NCBI GenBank assembly: GCA_000388065.2
Contig: KB932216.1
Source of the DNA: Fonticula alba ATCC 38817
Lineage: Eukaryota > Protista > Nucleariida
DNA: 18,048 nt
Direction: 5' to 3' (one strand)
A program made the position numbers and the translations under genes. The notes beneath the pieces were generated by a model. That model worked only from the letters and a program-made list of their open reading frames with translations. It had not been told where the DNA came from and did not search any database. Below are positions 17,605 to 18,048 of the stretch, piece after piece (positions within the stretch are counted from its first letter, which is position 1; each line of letters opens with the position of its first letter).

Positions 17605-18048
17605 CGCGTGTCCGCAGGCCACCGCTCTCAGGCTCCGTCGGCTGGTGGCCTGGCGCGGGGCGACCGACTCAAGTGTTGGCTTTCTCCCCGGGCCTCTCAC
17701 GGCCCCCCTGAAACACGGCCCTCGCGTCTGGGCCATGTTCGATGGCGAATGCCCGGCCCCAGCCGCAGCCCGCCCGGCGGGCCCGCACGTTCCGGTGGTG
17801 TCGCGGAATAAATGCCCGATCCGCGGCGCGGACACGCGCATTCCCGCGCCTCTCGGCCATGGCGTACACACACACAGCATCGCACAAACGCCCGACCGCA
17901 CGATCGCGCGCGCGCAAGGCGCACGGACAGTCACCTTACGCCCCCCCCGCCCCCGGGCTCCAACGCGGGCCACCCGCCGGCCGAGCATGGCCAGGCCGGC
18001 AGAAGTGGCCCCGGCCCGTCGACAGCCGGCACGCTGGCCCACAACACC

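Overview
Very GC-rich eukaryotic genomic DNA with GT-AG introns, microsatellites, poly-G/C runs and one 119-N scaffold gap. The organism cannot be determined; the style is reminiscent of a GC-rich unicellular eukaryote such as Fonticula, but that is only a guess. Most long ORFs in the supplied track are GC artefacts, and only three protein genes are supportable, all on the minus strand. (1) A 3-exon type I (AnsA-like) L-asparaginase at 4329-5958 with a ~70-aa insertion. (2 and 3) Two intronless paralogs, at <1-1534 (missing from the ORF track because it runs off the window edge) and 14322-16283. They encode a protein family I do not recognise: an N-terminal mitochondrial-type presequence followed by about 8-9 degenerate tandem helix-turn-helix-like modules of ~45-50 aa. 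This putative mitochondrial poly-HTH nucleic-acid-binding family is the best candidate for an undescribed system here. The rest of the window is non-coding-looking DNA with strong CATG enrichment, a 49-unit hexamer array and a 36-bp higher-order minisatellite. All counts were done by hand.
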